IMG/VR virus record: IMGVR_UViG_3300049472_000055
Location: 1-34,144 of that record
DNA length: 34,144 nt
Origin: a virus
Taxonomy: Duplodnaviria; Caudoviricetes
Reading direction: 5' to 3' (one strand)
A program made the translations under genes and the position numbers. Positions 33,301-34,144 of the stretch are shown here, in pieces; the stretch's first letter is position 1; the number at the start of each line of letters is the position of its first letter. A model generated the notes under the pieces. The model was not told the origin of the DNA and searched no databases. It saw only the letters and a program-made list of their open reading frames with translations.

Positions 33301-34144
33301 TGGACCGCTACGAGAAGGCAGCGTTGCTGGATTTCGTGGCGACGGTCATCTGGACGTCGCGCACCGTGCGCTTGGTGACCACGCCGGCCGGCGAAGCCAC
33401 GTTTGACGTGATCGGTACCTGGGCAACGGCCACCGATCTCCCCATGGCCTGGATCAACGGGAACCGGGTCAGCGGATCCATCACTTGGGTCGACAGCAAC
33501 ACCGTGACCCTGCCGGTGACGGCACCACTGGGCAGCCAGGTCATCATCCTGGTTTCACCCGGCTCTGGCACCGGCTACCTGCCGCGCAACCCAGGTGCAG
33601 CTGCCATGCTTGGCGCTTTGTCGATGGCACAATTCACTATCGACAATCTCGGCGCGGCTGTATCCGGCCATCAGGCTGTGCGTAAGGATCAGGTCATTGC
33701 CCTAATACAGGCGCAGCTGGGCGGCAACTACCTGGCCAAGGCCGGCGATACGGCCACGGGGGTGATCAAGCTCGCCGCGGCGGCGATCCTGACGGAAGCT
33801 GCCGCCGCCGTGCGCCGGGATATGGTCGCACTGCTGGACGGCACGCAGCATTTCACCGGCAAGATCCGAGGCGTTTCGACCATTGACGGCGATGATGCCC
33901 TGACCCTGACCACCAAGGACTGGGTGACGGCGCACGTCGCCGCTCAGCTGGCGGCAGCTCAGCCGCCCAACCAGACGGCGACGTTCGCCACTGGCGGAAC
34001 GGGCTACAGCTGGACGGTCCCGCCCGGAGTCCGCAAAATCTGGGTGTACGTCAAGGGCGCGAAGGGTGGGCGCGGAGGTCGCTACACAGCCGGCCCCGAC
34101 TCCACGAACATCGGCGGCATCGGCGGGTTCATCTCTGGGTCCAT
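33300..34144 (+). CDS. Tail fibre protein (3' truncated by window)
   Basis: Not in ORF track; TAATG coupling; open to the end; YLAKAGDTATG, TTKDWV, SWTVPPGVRKIWVYVKGAKGG glycine-rich domain start. Confidence 0.8.
   Translation, partial: MDRYEKAALLDFVATVIWTSRTVRLVTTPAGEATFDVIGTWATATDLPMAWINGNRVSGSITWVDSNTVTLPVTAPLGSQVIILVSPGSGTGYLPRNPGAAAMLGALSMAQFTIDNLGAAVSGHQAVRKDQVIALIQAQLGGNYLAKAGDTATGVIKLAAAAILTEAAAAVRRDMVALLDGTQHFTGKIRGVSTIDGDDALTLTTKDWVTAHVAAQLAAAQPPNQTATFATGGTGYSWTVPPGVRKIWVYVKGAKGGRGGRYTAGPDSTNIGGIGGFISGS

Larger units (their letters stand above)
1..34144. mobile_element. Temperate tailed phage/prophage genome segment (incomplete; podovirus-like head-adaptor-nozzle-fibre order)
   Basis: Integrase, XRE HTH, replication initiator, terS/terL, portal, scaffold, capsid and tail genes, densely packed with ATGA/TGATG overlaps; no host housekeeping genes. 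Confidence 0.96.

Noticed and set aside
1-34144. tRNA/rRNA genes, alternative genetic code, inteins
   Set aside because: No cloverleaf or rRNA signatures noticed; genes read fully in the standard code; terL has normal length without intein motifs

Overview
A 34-kb GC-rich segment of a temperate tailed phage or prophage, probably podovirus-like. Left to right it holds: a tyrosine integrase; a leftward early operon with an XRE-type HTH gene and a stand-alone Mesh1/SpoT-type HD hydrolase; a divergent promoter region with GTACGG-N3-CCGTAC operators; a rightward early and replication region (cytosine-MTase-like gene, structured leader with uORF, replication initiator with internal iterons, MmcB-like nuclease, many small Zn-finger ORFs, SEC-C protein); terS and terL; a ~11.7-kb block of fibre/decoration, membrane, PagP-like and SGNH-esterase genes; then portal, scaffold, major capsid, adaptor, nozzle and a tail fibre cut by the window end. 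The most notable features read from the sequence are: (i) a ~1.19-kb insertion that splits a small gene and begins with an exact 74-bp copy of the phage's own terL Walker-B region; (ii) a five-copy CGGGGTG(G/T)A(T/A)ANCAA motif that marks late transcription units; (iii) a hairpin/uORF leader coupled to the replication gene; (iv) a C9 run that puts the likely scaffold start out of frame; (v) beta-rich domains inserted in four core virion proteins. All product calls come from motif recognition by eye, with no database search. No CRISPR array, tRNA, rRNA, transposase or reverse transcriptase was seen.
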